DNA of 64,000 nt from Alphaproteobacteria bacterium. GTDB lineage: Bacteria; Pseudomonadota; Alphaproteobacteria; SMXP01. Below are positions 39,284-49,381 of this stretch, piece by piece. A model generated the notes under the pieces. The model ran no database searches, had not been told where the DNA came from, and was given only the letters and a program-made list of their open reading frames with translations. The stretch is taken from positions 3,061,290-3,125,289 of the forward strand of contig CBDFKK010000008.1 in assembly GCA_965248815.1 (NCBI GenBank). The letters are read 5' to 3'. Position numbers and translations under genes: made by a program. Positions within the stretch are counted from its first letter, which is position 1. Each line of letters opens with the position of its first letter.

Positions 39284-39591
39284 TTTCTTGCGCTCGGCAA
39301 TCCCGCCTTGGTGAGCGCATCGCCTAAAAAATCATTCTCAAGCGTCAGCTCCCCAATCTTGGCATGGAGCCTCTTCACATCAACACGGGGTGCAGGCAGC
39401 GGTGATTTACCCTCCCGCCCAAAAACACCCGCTGCACCCTCAAGGAGCTGATCTTTCCATTGCTTGATCTGGTTAGGATGAACATCAAACTGCTGAGCGA
39501 GTTCTCCCAATGTCTGCTCACCGCGAACGGCCGCAAGGGCCACCTTCGACTTGAACGCAGGTGTATGATTGCGACGTGGTCGTCTTGCCAT
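39280..39591 (-). CDS. IS3-family transposase OrfA (HTH)
   Basis: MARRPRRNHTPAFKSKVALAAVRGEQTLGELAQQFDVHPNQIKQWK is the typical IS3 OrfA HTH. It has a leucine-zipper-like C-terminus. Confidence 0.8.
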   Translation of the reverse strand: MARRPRRNHTPAFKSKVALAAVRGEQTLGELAQQFDVHPNQIKQWKDQLLEGAAGVFGREGKSPLPAPRVDVKRLHAKIGELTLENDFLGDALTKAGLPSARK

Positions 39592-39650
39592 AGTGGATCT
39601 CCTGTTGCCGGCGATCATGCCGCCTACAGGCCAAAATTCCACTTATCTCA

Positions 39651-40165
39651 ACTGTGCAGATTTCCCGAGCCACCTCTCAGAACCGATTGCACAAAGCGAA
39701 GTTGAAGAGCTAGAAGCTGCGCCGCCGACAACCGAGGACACAACAACCGACGAACTAGCCCCGCAAATTTGGACGAAATTTGAAGTTTCCGAAATTATCG
39801 CATTGCTGAACGAAATGGACCTAACCACGGAAATTATCGACGTCGATGACGGTACGTCCTTCATACAAGCGACAAATTCGAACGGTCATAACTTTTTTGT
39901 GAATCCTAGGCTGTGTGGAGACGATGGCGGAGATTGCCTTGGCCTAAACACCTACAGCGTATTTGATACTGTTCCGACGGCTGAAAAACTGACCGCGTTG
40001 AACGAGCGATATGCCTATATGAAGTTTTATTCCTCGTCTGACAGCGAGCTGATCTTGCAGAAGTACTTTACCGCGGATTACGGCATTGCCCGCGAAAATG
40101 TCAAAGTGAATTTCATGACATATGTGGACATCTTGGACAGTTTCCAAGACGTTTTGAATGAGTGA
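39651..40165 (+). pseudogene. 3' fragment of the IS-disrupted gene (YbjN-like domain)
   Basis: The frame is continuous with the 38223 fragment once the IS plus a 2-3 bp target duplication is removed. It encodes an acidic linker then a ~130-aa domain of YbjN-like pattern (IWTKFEVSEIIALLNEMDL...ERYAYMKFY). Confidence 0.45.
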
Positions 40166-40176
40166 ATTCAAAGGGC

Positions 40177-40566
40177 TTAAGCCACCCGTGCGCCGTGCAA
40201 TACTTTGGCCAGATCGGGCGGCGAAAAATTAGGACCTTTGAGAACTTTGCCGTCTTCACGTAAGACCGGCTGTCCATCTTCGCCAAGTTTTGACATATTC
40301 GATGAGTGTACTTCGCTAAAGGCCTGTTCCTTTAAATGATGAAGACCGAACTCAAGGAATGTGCCATCCACTACATATTGAATGTCGCAAAGCGCGTCGA
40401 GCACCTCGACTAAGTCTCCTGCCTCTACGGCTTCGCGCAATTCACGCACTTCTTCTTCGAGAATAGATAAGCGCATTTCCGCTCTACCCTTGGGCAGCGA
40501 CGGTGCATCGACGACGGGTACTTTGAAATGCTGATGCCATGATTTGACGAGCGCGAGCGTATCCAT
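40177..40566 (-). CDS. MazG-like nucleotide pyrophosphohydrolase family protein
   Basis: The EEVRELREAVEAGDLVEVLDALCDIQYVVDG pattern (E..E..EA..D.L) matches the MazG/HisE-like all-alpha NTP-PPase fold. Start at the Met at 40566. Confidence 0.55.
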   Translation of the reverse strand: MDTLALVKSWHQHFKVPVVDAPSLPKGRAEMRLSILEEEVRELREAVEAGDLVEVLDALCDIQYVVDGTFLEFGLHHLKEQAFSEVHSSNMSKLGEDGQPVLREDGKVLKGPNFSPPDLAKVLHGARVA

Positions 40567-40637
40567 TTGACGTTTCCCTTTTGTTGTTTGTTGGACTGAT
40601 GACTGAACACGCACAAGAGCGTTGCAACAGTACTCAA

Positions 40638-41369
40638 TTACCGATCGGGCGAAAGACTGGAAGATTCAACTGGATATACGCGATCGCGGCCGAGCATCCA
40701 GGCCACGAACCCATTGTCGAAATGAGGCCGGTAGGCCTCATCGAGCACATTGAGCCCGCCCGTATAGGCGCCCATAGCCGGCATAATGAGATTGATGCCG
40801 TCGGTTACAAAACAGCGCCGGCGCACACTGCGCCCGTCGCGTCGCACTTTCGCGCATGGATGGTAATGACCGGTGACTTGGCCTGGCAAAGGCAGCGGCA
40901 ATACTTCATGTCGGAACGTCAGCCGACCGATTTGAATTTCCTCGGCGATCGTGCCGCCGAAATCCTCAGGCAACGCTTCATCGTGATTGCCGAGGATCCA
41001 CGTCCAGTCATGTGCCGCAACGAGACTTTTCAAAACGACTAAGTCATCATCGTCCAACCGGGCATGGGCCTCGCCGTCGTGAAAGCTATCGCCCAGCGCA
41101 ACGACGCGAGCCGGCTGCCGGCGCGCGCAAACTTCTCCGAGGACCCGAAGTGTCGAGCGCGTGTCATAGGGCGGCAGCACCAGACCATGGCGCGCATAGG
41201 AAGATCCCTTTTCCAAGTGGAGATCAGAAACGACAAGCACGCTCTCATCCGGCCAGTAAAGCGCGCCGCTCCAGTCGGGAACGACGAGAGCGCCGTTGAC
41301 GTCAAAAGCCGTGACGTCTTTATCGTCTTGAGCTAAGGCGTGGGTCGTCAAGGCGAGTGGCCTCCGCAA
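40638..41369 (-). CDS. pdeM: ligase-associated DNA damage response endonuclease PdeM (metallophosphoesterase)
   Basis: Calcineurin-like motifs SDLHLEKG, GDSFHD and GNHD. Lies in a conserved cluster with the Lhr-like helicase, MBL exonuclease and ligase. Confidence 0.75.
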   Translation of the reverse strand: MRRPLALTTHALAQDDKDVTAFDVNGALVVPDWSGALYWPDESVLVVSDLHLEKGSSYARHGLVLPPYDTRSTLRVLGEVCARRQPARVVALGDSFHDGEAHARLDDDDLVVLKSLVAAHDWTWILGNHDEALPEDFGGTIAEEIQIGRLTFRHEVLPLPLPGQVTGHYHPCAKVRRDGRSVRRRCFVTDGINLIMPAMGAYTGGLNVLDEAYRPHFDNGFVAWMLGRDRVYPVESSSLSPDR

Positions 41370-43938
41370 TCAAGTCTTCCGCCGCATCGGCGAGAATGGC
41401 GTCACTGGCCTCACCATGCACAGATTCGCGCCCAATCTCCAGAAGAACGGGCACCGCGAGCGGAGATACCCGTGTCAGCCGCGCCACGATAATGTTGTTC
41501 TTGATCCGTTTAAGGAGCTGGCCCAAGCGCGCAATATCCAAAAGCCCTGTGGCCGCATCTTGTTGAGTGGCGCGGAGCAAGATGTGATTAGGCTCGTGTT
41601 CGCGCAAGACGTCGTAAATCAAGTCAGACGAAAATGTCACTTGGCGACCCGACTTTTCCTGTCCCGGATAGCGCCGCTGAATAAGTCCGGCAATGATGGC
41701 GCAGTTACGGAACGTGCGTTTGAGTAAATTCGATTCCGCAAGCCAAGCGTCGAGATCGTCGCCCATCATGTCTTCGTCAAACAATTCGCCAAGGTCAATT
41801 TTGCTTAGGTCCCGCAAACCCCAAATCGCCAGCGCATATTCGCTTGCGACAAAGCCGAGCGGCCGCATGCGCATGCGCTCAAGCCGGCGCGACAACAACA
41901 TGCCGAGACTTTGGTGAACCAGCCGCCCGTCGAAGGGATAGCAAACCATGAAATATTTGCCCGAGCGCGGAAAGGTTTCCACGAGCAGTTCATGGGGCTT
42001 GGGCAAGAGCGAGCGCATGTCTTGAATGGCCAGCCATTCGGTAACCGGCGCCGGCAATTGCTTCCAGTTCTTAGGCGAACTTAGCATTTGGCGCACGCGG
42101 CCAGCTAAATATGTCGACAACGGAAACTTACCACCTTGATAGGACGGTACTTTGGGCGACTCTTCCGCTGCGCGGGTCACGATGGCCGCATTTTCGTGCA
42201 TAGCCTCAAAGCGCAACACTTCACCCGATAACAGAAATGTGTCGTCGGGCATGAGTTGCTCGACGAACCACTCTTCGACTTCGCCCAGCTTGCGCCCGCT
42301 CCGTGCGCCCGCCGGCTGACGGGATACTTTGCACACCAAGCGCACGTCGACCATGGGTGCTTCGACAATCGTGCCGACATTGAGGCGGTACTGTTGCGCA
42401 ACGCGGGGGTTGGCGACTTGAAAGCGTCCACGGTCATTGAGCCGAATGCGTTTGTAGCGTTCATATTGCCGCAGCGCATAGCCACCGGTGGACACAAAGT
42501 CGACAACCTGATTGAAATTGTCGCGCGTGACGTGGGTGTAAGGCGCCGCAGACCTTACTTCGGTATACAGTTCATCGGGATTGAAGGGTTCGGCACAGGC
42601 CATGCCCAGTACATGCTGCGCCAACACGTCGAGCCCTCCTTGGCGCGGCGGATTGCCATCGAGCACACCTTCGTGGACGGCATCTCGCGCGGCTTTGCAC
42701 TCCAACACTTCAAAGCGGTTCGCTGGCACCAAAAGCGCGCGGCTCGGCTCATCCAAACGATGATTGGAGCGGCCAATGCGCTGAGTCAACCGGCTAGCCC
42801 CTTTTGGCGCGCCAACAGTGATAACCAGATCGACTTCGCCCCAGTCAACGCCCAAATCGAGGGTCGACGTACATACGACCGCTTGGAGCGAGCCTGCAAT
42901 CATGGCCGCTTCCACTTTACGGCGCTGCTCGACGGCCAGGGATCCGTGATGCAACGCAATGGCAAGCCCGTCATCGTTGATGCGCCACAGCTCTTGGAAA
43001 ATCATTTCCGCTTGACTGCGTGTATTGACGAAGATGAGTGCCGTGCGCGCCTTACGAATGGCCTCGTAGACTTCCGGCAATGCATGACGCGCGGTGTGGC
43101 CCGACCAAGGAATATGCTCTTCCGACGCCAAAATTCTAAGTTCGGGCGTCGCGCCCGGTTCGCCAATGATGAGCGACGACAATCGCTCACGAGGCGCTAA
43201 CTCTTGGCTTTCAAGCTTCGGAGTTTTTGTCACACTCAGATCACATTGCGGCACCAAATAGCGGCGCAGATATTCCGGCTCGGCAACAGTCGCCGACAGG
43301 CCGATGCGCCGCACTTCCGGTGCCAAACGAGACAACCGCGCCAGCGCCAACGCAAGCAATTCGCCGCGCTTTGAATTGATGAGTGAGTGGAGCTCGTCGA
43401 TGATGATGTAACGCAAAGATTTAAAAAAACGACTCGAGTCCCGGTAAGCCAACAGAAGCGCCACTTGTTCCGGCGTCGTCATCAAAATATCTGGCGGCGA
43501 GCGGCGTTGGCGCTGACGGCGCCCGGGCGGCGTGTCGCCTGTGCGGGTTTCCACCTCAATGCCTAATTGCATTTCCCGGACCGGTGTTTCCACATTGCGC
43601 GCCACATCGACCGCGAGCGCCTTCAAAGGAGAGATGTAAAGCGTATGGAGGCGCGGCGCGCGCATCCCCGCTTTGGCCCGCGGCCGATCGGCTAGTTCAA
43701 TGAGACTTGGCAAGAACCCCGCGAGAGTCTTGCCCCCACCCGTTGGTGCGATGAGCAACGCCGACTCGCCGCGCCCCGCCCGTTCTACCAACTCGAGCTG
43801 ATGGCGCCTTGGCCGCCAGCCGCGGTCAGCGAACCAGTCTGCAAAGACTGAGGGCAGCTCGGTTTGTGGCTCGATTGCTCTGGCGCCGCGTTCATCCATG
43901 AGGTCACTATAGTGAATGCTAAGACGCCGCATGCCCAA
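41320..43938 (-). CDS. ligase-associated DNA damage response DEXH-box helicase (Lhr-like)
   Basis: Walker A APTGGGKT, DEAH-like IIDELHS, and helicase C-terminal plus Lhr-specific winged-helix regions. Confidence 0.8.
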   Translation of the reverse strand: MGMRRLSIHYSDLMDERGARAIEPQTELPSVFADWFADRGWRPRRHQLELVERAGRGESALLIAPTGGGKTLAGFLPSLIELADRPRAKAGMRAPRLHTLYISPLKALAVDVARNVETPVREMQLGIEVETRTGDTPPGRRQRQRRSPPDILMTTPEQVALLLAYRDSSRFFKSLRYIIIDELHSLINSKRGELLALALARLSRLAPEVRRIGLSATVAEPEYLRRYLVPQCDLSVTKTPKLESQELAPRERLSSLIIGEPGATPELRILASEEHIPWSGHTARHALPEVYEAIRKARTALIFVNTRSQAEMIFQELWRINDDGLAIALHHGSLAVEQRRKVEAAMIAGSLQAVVCTSTLDLGVDWGEVDLVITVGAPKGASRLTQRIGRSNHRLDEPSRALLVPANRFEVLECKAARDAVHEGVLDGNPPRQGGLDVLAQHVLGMACAEPFNPDELYTEVRSAAPYTHVTRDNFNQVVDFVSTGGYALRQYERYKRIRLNDRGRFQVANPRVAQQYRLNVGTIVEAPMVDVRLVCKVSRQPAGARSGRKLGEVEEWFVEQLMPDDTFLLSGEVLRFEAMHENAAIVTRAAEESPKVPSYQGGKFPLSTYLAGRVRQMLSSPKNWKQLPAPVTEWLAIQDMRSLLPKPHELLVETFPRSGKYFMVCYPFDGRLVHQSLGMLLSRRLERMRMRPLGFVASEYALAIWGLRDLSKIDLGELFDEDMMGDDLDAWLAESNLLKRTFRNCAIIAGLIQRRYPGQEKSGRQVTFSSDLIYDVLREHEPNHILLRATQQDAATGLLDIARLGQLLKRIKNNIIVARLTRVSPLAVPVLLEIGRESVHGEASDAILADAAEDLIAEATRLDDPRLSSRR

Positions 43939-44070
43939 ATCCAGCGGTGCGATTACTCACCCCCTCAGCCGTCCCCCGCATTGCTCAGGACTGCGTTCTT
44001 CATTCAGGAGAAAAGGTTGGCGTGAGAGGGTCGTCTCGCGGTCAGCAGCGGCTTATGTCAGAGTTGTTTC

Positions 44071-45102
44071 ATGACAATAGCACCGGAAGACTTACTGAGA
44101 CCGACGCCCGCAGGGCTTTATTGCCCTCCGGGGGATTTCTATGTCGATCCAGTACGTGCGGTCGACCGCGCCGTCATCACTCACGGTCACGGGGACCATG
44201 CCCGCGCCGGCCATAGAAAAGTCATCGCAACCAAAGAAACCCTGGCCATCATGGCCGCGCGCTATGGCGAAGATTTTGCCCGCACTCGGACTGCTGCCTC
44301 TTATGGTGAAACGACGAAGATCAATGGTGTCAGTGTCCGACTTGTGCCCGCAGGCCACATTTTGGGAAGCGCGCAAGTGGTTTTGGAAAAGAACGGCACG
44401 CGCATTGTCGTGTCCGGCGACTACAAGCGCCGCCCTGATTCCACGTGCGATCCCTTCGAGCCGATCCCATGCGACATCTATGTGACGGAAGCAACATTCG
44501 GCTTGCCGGTCTTTCGCCACCCGCTCGATACAGAAGAAATCGACAAACTGTTGACCTCGGTCAAAACGTTTCCGGAGCGCACGCATCTTGTCGGGGTGTA
44601 CGCTCTAGGCAAAGCGCAACGTGTGATCAGTCTCATCCGCCAGGCTGGTTACGATGCACCGCTTTATTATCATGGCGCCGCCGAGAAACTATGCCGTCTG
44701 TACGAGAGTTTCGGCATTGACCTCGGTGACTTGCGCCCGGTCAAAGACGAAACGGAAGACGCCCTCAAAGGTCAAATCGTGATCGCACCGCCGTCTGCGC
44801 TCAACGATCGTTGGTCGCGCCGCCTTGGCGATACCATCACCGCGTTCGCGTCGGGCTGGATGCGCGTGCGTGCCCGCGCGCGCCAGCGCGGCGTCGAATT
44901 ACCCCTCGTCATTTCGGACCACGCAGATTGGGACGAGCTCACATCAACGATCATGGAGATCGCGCCCGGCGAACTTTGGGTCACTCACGGGCAGGAAGAC
45001 GCCCTTGTGCATTTTGCCAAGACACAAAGCATTGCGGCAAAGCCGTTGAGCCTCGTCGGCTACGATGAAGACGGCGGCGATACTGAGCTGGAGGCCTCAT
45101 GA
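44071..45102 (+). CDS. ligase-associated DNA damage response exonuclease (MBL fold / beta-CASP-like)
   Basis: HxHxDH motif ITHGHGDHAR. Overlaps the ligase start by 4 bp. Confidence 0.75.
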   Translation: MTIAPEDLLRPTPAGLYCPPGDFYVDPVRAVDRAVITHGHGDHARAGHRKVIATKETLAIMAARYGEDFARTRTAASYGETTKINGVSVRLVPAGHILGSAQVVLEKNGTRIVVSGDYKRRPDSTCDPFEPIPCDIYVTEATFGLPVFRHPLDTEEIDKLLTSVKTFPERTHLVGVYALGKAQRVISLIRQAGYDAPLYYHGAAEKLCRLYESFGIDLGDLRPVKDETEDALKGQIVIAPPSALNDRWSRRLGDTITAFASGWMRVRARARQRGVELPLVISDHADWDELTSTIMEIAPGELWVTHGQEDALVHFAKTQSIAAKPLSLVGYDEDGGDTELEAS

Positions 45103-46691
45103 ACCGCTTCGCCGCTTTGCTCGACCGTCTTGCCTATCAGCCTCAGAGAAACGAAAAGCTCCGCCTTCTGAGAGCTTATTTCACGGAGACAAAAGATCCG
45201 AACCGGGGCTACGCCCTGGCCGCGCTCACCGGCGCGTTAGACTTCGCCCATGCCAAGCCGGCGCTCCTGCGCGGACTTGTGCAAGAGCGCGTCGACCCTG
45301 TGCTGTTCGAGCTCTCTTACGACTATGTCGGCGATTTGGCGGAGACGACCGCGCTCATTTGGCCGGTGCAGCACGGCGCAAATCGAAGCATCACCCTGAG
45401 CGAACTGGTCGACACGCTGGGTCAAACCGGTAAAGCCGAATTGCCGCAGTTGATCGCTCACTGGCTTGACGGTCTCGACGCCAATGGACGTTGGGCACTG
45501 ATTAAATTTCTCACCGGCGGCCTGCGCGTCGGCGTCTCGGCGCGACTAGCAAAGACGGCTGTCGCAGGACTGGGCGACGTCTCGGTCTCCGACATTGAGG
45601 AGCTTTGGCACGGATTAGAGCCACCCTATGAAGACTTATTTGGGTGGGTTGAAGGCAAGGGCCCAAAACCCACACCCCAAATTGATGCGCCCTTTCGCCC
45701 AGTCATGCTGGCACATGCACTGGAAGATGCCGATCTTGAGAAGCTCGATCCGTCCGACTTTCGCGCCGAATGGAAGTGGGATGGCATCCGCATTCAAGCG
45801 GCAGCACATGGCGAGATGCGGCGGCTCTATAGCCGCTCGGGCGAAGACATCTCTAAAGCATTTCCCGACCTTCTGGAAACCATGACATTCGACGCCACGC
45901 TCGATGGTGAGCTGCTCGTCATGCGCGAGGGAGTCGTTGCGCCGTTCGGAGATCTACAAAAACGCCTCAACCGCAAAACCGTTTCCAAGAAACTTATGGC
46001 GAGTCATCCTGTCGGCGTGCTTGCTTATGATCTCTTAAACGTCGACGGCGAGGATCTACGCCCCCTGCCCTTCGACAACCGCCGAAAAAAGTTGGAAAGT
46101 TGGATTTCAACGCATGCACTACCGTCCTTTGATCTTTCACCGATCATCGATTTTCAATCCTGGGAAGAATTGGCCGAGAAACGACGCGAACCCGCAGAAC
46201 ATGGCGTCGAAGGCGTCATGATCAAGCTGGGGGCTAGCCCCTATATGGCCGGACGCAAAAAAGGCCCTTGGTTCAAATGGAAACGCGATCCGTTTTTAGT
46301 CGACGCCGTTTTGCTTTACGCCCAACGCGGCCACGGCAAACGTTCTTCGTTTTATTCTGATTACACGTTTGGTGTTTGGCGCAGCGGCGAAGACGGCGAC
46401 GAACTCGTGCCCGTGGGCAAAGCCTATTTCGGATTTACGGATGAAGAACTGAAGCGCATCGACAAATTCGTGCGCGATAATACTGTCAATCGGTTCGGTC
46501 CAGTACGCGAAGTCAGCCATGACGCCGACCATGGACTTGTGCTCGAAGTGGCGTTCGAAGGGCTTAACCGGTCAACGAGGCACAAATCAGGCCTGGCCAT
46601 GCGCTTTCCCCGGGTTCACCGATTGCGCTGGGATAAGCCTCCGGCGGAAGCAGATAGCATCGAAGCGCTTGAAGCACTGCTGCCCAACTAG
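45099..46691 (+). CDS. ATP-dependent DNA ligase (cisplatin-damage-response / LigC-like)
   Basis: Adenylation motif with Lys in EWKWDGIRIQ and an OB-fold domain. 530 aa. Confidence 0.85.
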   Translation: MNRFAALLDRLAYQPQRNEKLRLLRAYFTETKDPNRGYALAALTGALDFAHAKPALLRGLVQERVDPVLFELSYDYVGDLAETTALIWPVQHGANRSITLSELVDTLGQTGKAELPQLIAHWLDGLDANGRWALIKFLTGGLRVGVSARLAKTAVAGLGDVSVSDIEELWHGLEPPYEDLFGWVEGKGPKPTPQIDAPFRPVMLAHALEDADLEKLDPSDFRAEWKWDGIRIQAAAHGEMRRLYSRSGEDISKAFPDLLETMTFDATLDGELLVMREGVVAPFGDLQKRLNRKTVSKKLMASHPVGVLAYDLLNVDGEDLRPLPFDNRRKKLESWISTHALPSFDLSPIIDFQSWEELAEKRREPAEHGVEGVMIKLGASPYMAGRKKGPWFKWKRDPFLVDAVLLYAQRGHGKRSSFYSDYTFGVWRSGEDGDELVPVGKAYFGFTDEELKRIDKFVRDNTVNRFGPVREVSHDADHGLVLEVAFEGLNRSTRHKSGLAMRFPRVHRLRWDKPPAEADSIEALEALLPN

Positions 46692-46833
46692 CATTTCGCT
46701 ATTCTGTAGACGGATTATATTGACGTTTCACTATTGAATTTAAGGCGAAATCAACTCACCTAAAACTGATTAGACCTGGCGAGAGATTTAAGCCAGCATG
46801 TTTACGCTCGATTCGTGATTTAGGCATACAACT

Positions 46834-47466
46834 TTGAGTATGAATCGCCAAACCTCTATGACAGACCTTCGATCCAAACCGATGACCAACGGCGCCGGAC
46901 TGCTGTGGTCACTCGGCGCGTTTGCGATATTTGTTCTCCTCCTAGTTGTCGTGACTTATCTTTGGTCAAACTTCAGTTCTCAGTCGGCCAGCACCGCCGA
47001 TGATTTAACGATGACGTTTAGATCGATGGGGACATGGGCGGTACTTGCGTCGATGGGCCTTATGATCGTGTGTGCGCTGACGCCGATGCCTGCGGAAATT
47101 CCCGCCATGGTCAACGGCATGGTTTTCGGCCCCTTAGGCGGAACATTGGTGACTTGGGCTGGCGCACTCGTCGGCGCTTTGCTCGCGTTCGGATTGGCGC
47201 GCTATCTCGGGCGACCGGCAATCGAGCGACTGGTGGCGCCGCGGCATCGCGCGCGTTTCGATTCATTCACCGAAGGAGGGTATGGGGCCGGCGCATTGCT
47301 CGTAGCGCGTTGCATTTCTTTGGTGCCCTTTTTCGTCCTCAATCTAGCGGGCGGTCTATCGGCCATGCGGCTGTGGACCTTCACATGGGTGACGGCCCTC
47401 GGCATCATCCCTCTGACCATCTTGCTGGTCTATTTTGGCGTTCAACTCGAAGCCTTCTTTTTTTAG
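46834..47466 (+). CDS. TVP38/TMEM64 (DedA/SNARE-associated) family membrane protein
   Basis: VLNLAGG and a G-rich re-entrant loop pattern. Confidence 0.7.
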   Translation: MSMNRQTSMTDLRSKPMTNGAGLLWSLGAFAIFVLLLVVVTYLWSNFSSQSASTADDLTMTFRSMGTWAVLASMGLMIVCALTPMPAEIPAMVNGMVFGPLGGTLVTWAGALVGALLAFGLARYLGRPAIERLVAPRHRARFDSFTEGGYGAGALLVARCISLVPFFVLNLAGGLSAMRLWTFTWVTALGIIPLTILLVYFGVQLEAFFF

Positions 47467-47477
47467 GAAAACTTCCC

Positions 47478-47984
47478 CTACCAAAATTCCGTTCCGGGCG
47501 CGCCTTTGAACGGGCCAACAATTTCTGCCGTGCGCCAGCCACCATAAAAGTCGCCGGCTTGTGCGATGACTTGCTCGTCATCGACAAAACACGCATCCAT
47601 CAATTGTGGATAGAAAGACATGTAGTTGCGAATAGCGGCAAATCTCGCCGTTGGATTGGGATAGGACCATGCCGCGCCGCGCACGTGTCTGTCGCCTACC
47701 CTCACTGACCAATATTCAGCTTGGCCTTTCCATTCACAGAAACTCCGGCGCGTCGAAGGTTCAAGAGCGATCATGTCAATGTCGGCTTGAGGAATGTAAT
47801 ATCCCGGCGGGTGACTTGTTTCGCACAGTCGATAGCCTTTGGTTGTGTCGGCGATGACTTCGCCGCCGAATTTGACACGCAAGCGGCGCTGAGTGGGCTC
47901 ACACAGAGGCGGCCGTGGATAGTCCCACACCGATTCCTGACCCGGGCCCGGCTCAATTCGATCTCTTGTCATCCTGTTCTCCAC
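47478..47984 (-). CDS. DUF427 domain protein (second copy in the window, extended form)
   Basis: CEWKGQAEYWSV matches the DUF427 signature. Confidence 0.65.
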   Translation of the reverse strand: MENRMTRDRIEPGPGQESVWDYPRPPLCEPTQRRLRVKFGGEVIADTTKGYRLCETSHPPGYYIPQADIDMIALEPSTRRSFCEWKGQAEYWSVRVGDRHVRGAAWSYPNPTARFAAIRNYMSFYPQLMDACFVDDEQVIAQAGDFYGGWRTAEIVGPFKGAPGTEFW

Positions 47985-48046
47985 TGACGCTGCCCATGTT
48001 ATACGCAGCAGCGCCTCAATTGGCTCAACGACAAGCGCAAGCCCAA

Positions 48047-49381
48047 ATGACAGACATTAGCCACAGAAAAGTCTGGACCATCGCCTGGCCCATGGTCATC
48101 TCCAATATCTCAACGCCCCTGTTGGGACTCGTGGACACCGCCGTGATCGGCCAATTGGAGTCGGCATCTTACTTAGGCGCGATCGCCCTCGGTGTTCTTC
48201 TATTCAATTTTTTATATTTGGGTCTCGGCTTTTTACGCATGGGCACAACAGCGTTTACAGCCCAAGCTTTCGGAGCTGGCGACGATGCAGAAGTCGATGC
48301 CGGCCTTGGCCGCGCTGTCATTGTGGGCTTGAGCTTAGGTCTCGTCATGATCGCAGTACAACTGCCCATCGCGGCCGGCGCCTTTTGGCTTTTAGAGGGA
48401 AGCGCACAGGTCGAGTCGCTGGCGCGCAATTACTTGGCGATCCGCATTTGGGGGGCGCCCGCCGCGCTGACGGTTTTTGTTTTCGTCGGTTGGTTCATTG
48501 GGTTACAAAAAACAAAGCTGGCACTGGCGCTGCAAGTCTGGCTCAACGCAGTGAACATTATTCTCGATGTTTTCTTCGTGATGGGCCTCGGCTGGGACGT
48601 TGACGGTGTCGCCTACGGAACACTGATCGCCGAATGGAGCACGGTCTTGGTCGGCGCTGCATTGGTCTGGCGCGAACTTGCGGTGAGACAAGGAAAGCGC
48701 CCCTCCGCCAACTGGTCCCGGATGCTCGACGTTCCTGCCTTGCGCCGTATGCTGAGTGTCAACGGCGACATCTTCATCCGTACTATTTGTCTCGTCTTTG
48801 CCTTTAGCTGGTTTACCGCTCAAGGGGCAAAGGCGGGCGATACCATCCTTGCGGCCAACTACGTTCTGATGCAATTCATCATGTTTGCCTCATTCTTTCT
48901 GGACGGCTTCGCTTTTGCCGCGGAAACTTTGGTCGGCAGCGCCATTGGCGCGCAAAAGCGAAAGCAACTCACCGACTCCGTTTTGATTTCGACCCGCATT
49001 GCCGGCGGGACTGCATTCGTTTTGACGATCTTGTTTATCGCCTTCGGCGGATTCGTTATCGATACGCTCACCACAGCACCGGACGTGCGCGCAGAAGCGC
49101 GCAACTATTTGCTCTGGGCAGCGTCAATTCCCATTGTCGCCGTTTGGTGTTTTCAACTGGACGGCATTTTCATCGGCGCGACCCGGGGCGCGGATCTGCG
49201 CAACATGATGGTGATTTCGTTGGCCGTATATCTAGCGTTCTGGTATGCGCTCACCCCGGTTGGCAATCACGGCCTATGGGCCGCGTTCATCGCGTTTTTC
49301 ATCGCACGGGGCATTACCCTCGGTTTGCGCTACCAGGCTTTGGTGCGCGAGTCGGTGCCGGCATCTGCTCAAGCCAGCTAG
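48047..49381 (+). CDS. MATE family efflux transporter (DinF-like)
   Basis: 12 TM segments with the N-terminal motif WPMVISNISTPLLGLVDTAVIG. Confidence 0.8.
   Translation: MTDISHRKVWTIAWPMVISNISTPLLGLVDTAVIGQLESASYLGAIALGVLLFNFLYLGLGFLRMGTTAFTAQAFGAGDDAEVDAGLGRAVIVGLSLGLVMIAVQLPIAAGAFWLLEGSAQVESLARNYLAIRIWGAPAALTVFVFVGWFIGLQKTKLALALQVWLNAVNIILDVFFVMGLGWDVDGVAYGTLIAEWSTVLVGAALVWRELAVRQGKRPSANWSRMLDVPALRRMLSVNGDIFIRTICLVFAFSWFTAQGAKAGDTILAANYVLMQFIMFASFFLDGFAFAAETLVGSAIGAQKRKQLTDSVLISTRIAGGTAFVLTILFIAFGGFVIDTLTTAPDVRAEARNYLLWAASIPIVAVWCFQLDGIFIGATRGADLRNMMVISLAVYLAFWYALTPVGNHGLWAAFIAFFIARGITLGLRYQALVRESVPASAQAS

Larger units (their letters stand above)
38427..39650 (-). mobile_element. IS3-family insertion sequence (~1.22 kb) with overlapping orfA/orfB in -1 frame
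   Basis: Imperfect terminal inverted repeats: TGCGGATAAGTGGATTTCAGCC at 38427-38448 and its partner GGCCAAAATTCCACTTATCTCA at 39629-39650. Contains the orfA HTH and an orfB DDE integrase core. Confidence 0.8.

Noticed and set aside
39569-39650. 5' end of ORF 39569-40165 starting inside the IS
   Set aside because: The start lies within the IS right inverted repeat and orfA leader. The real coding segment is the post-IS continuation of the disrupted gene.
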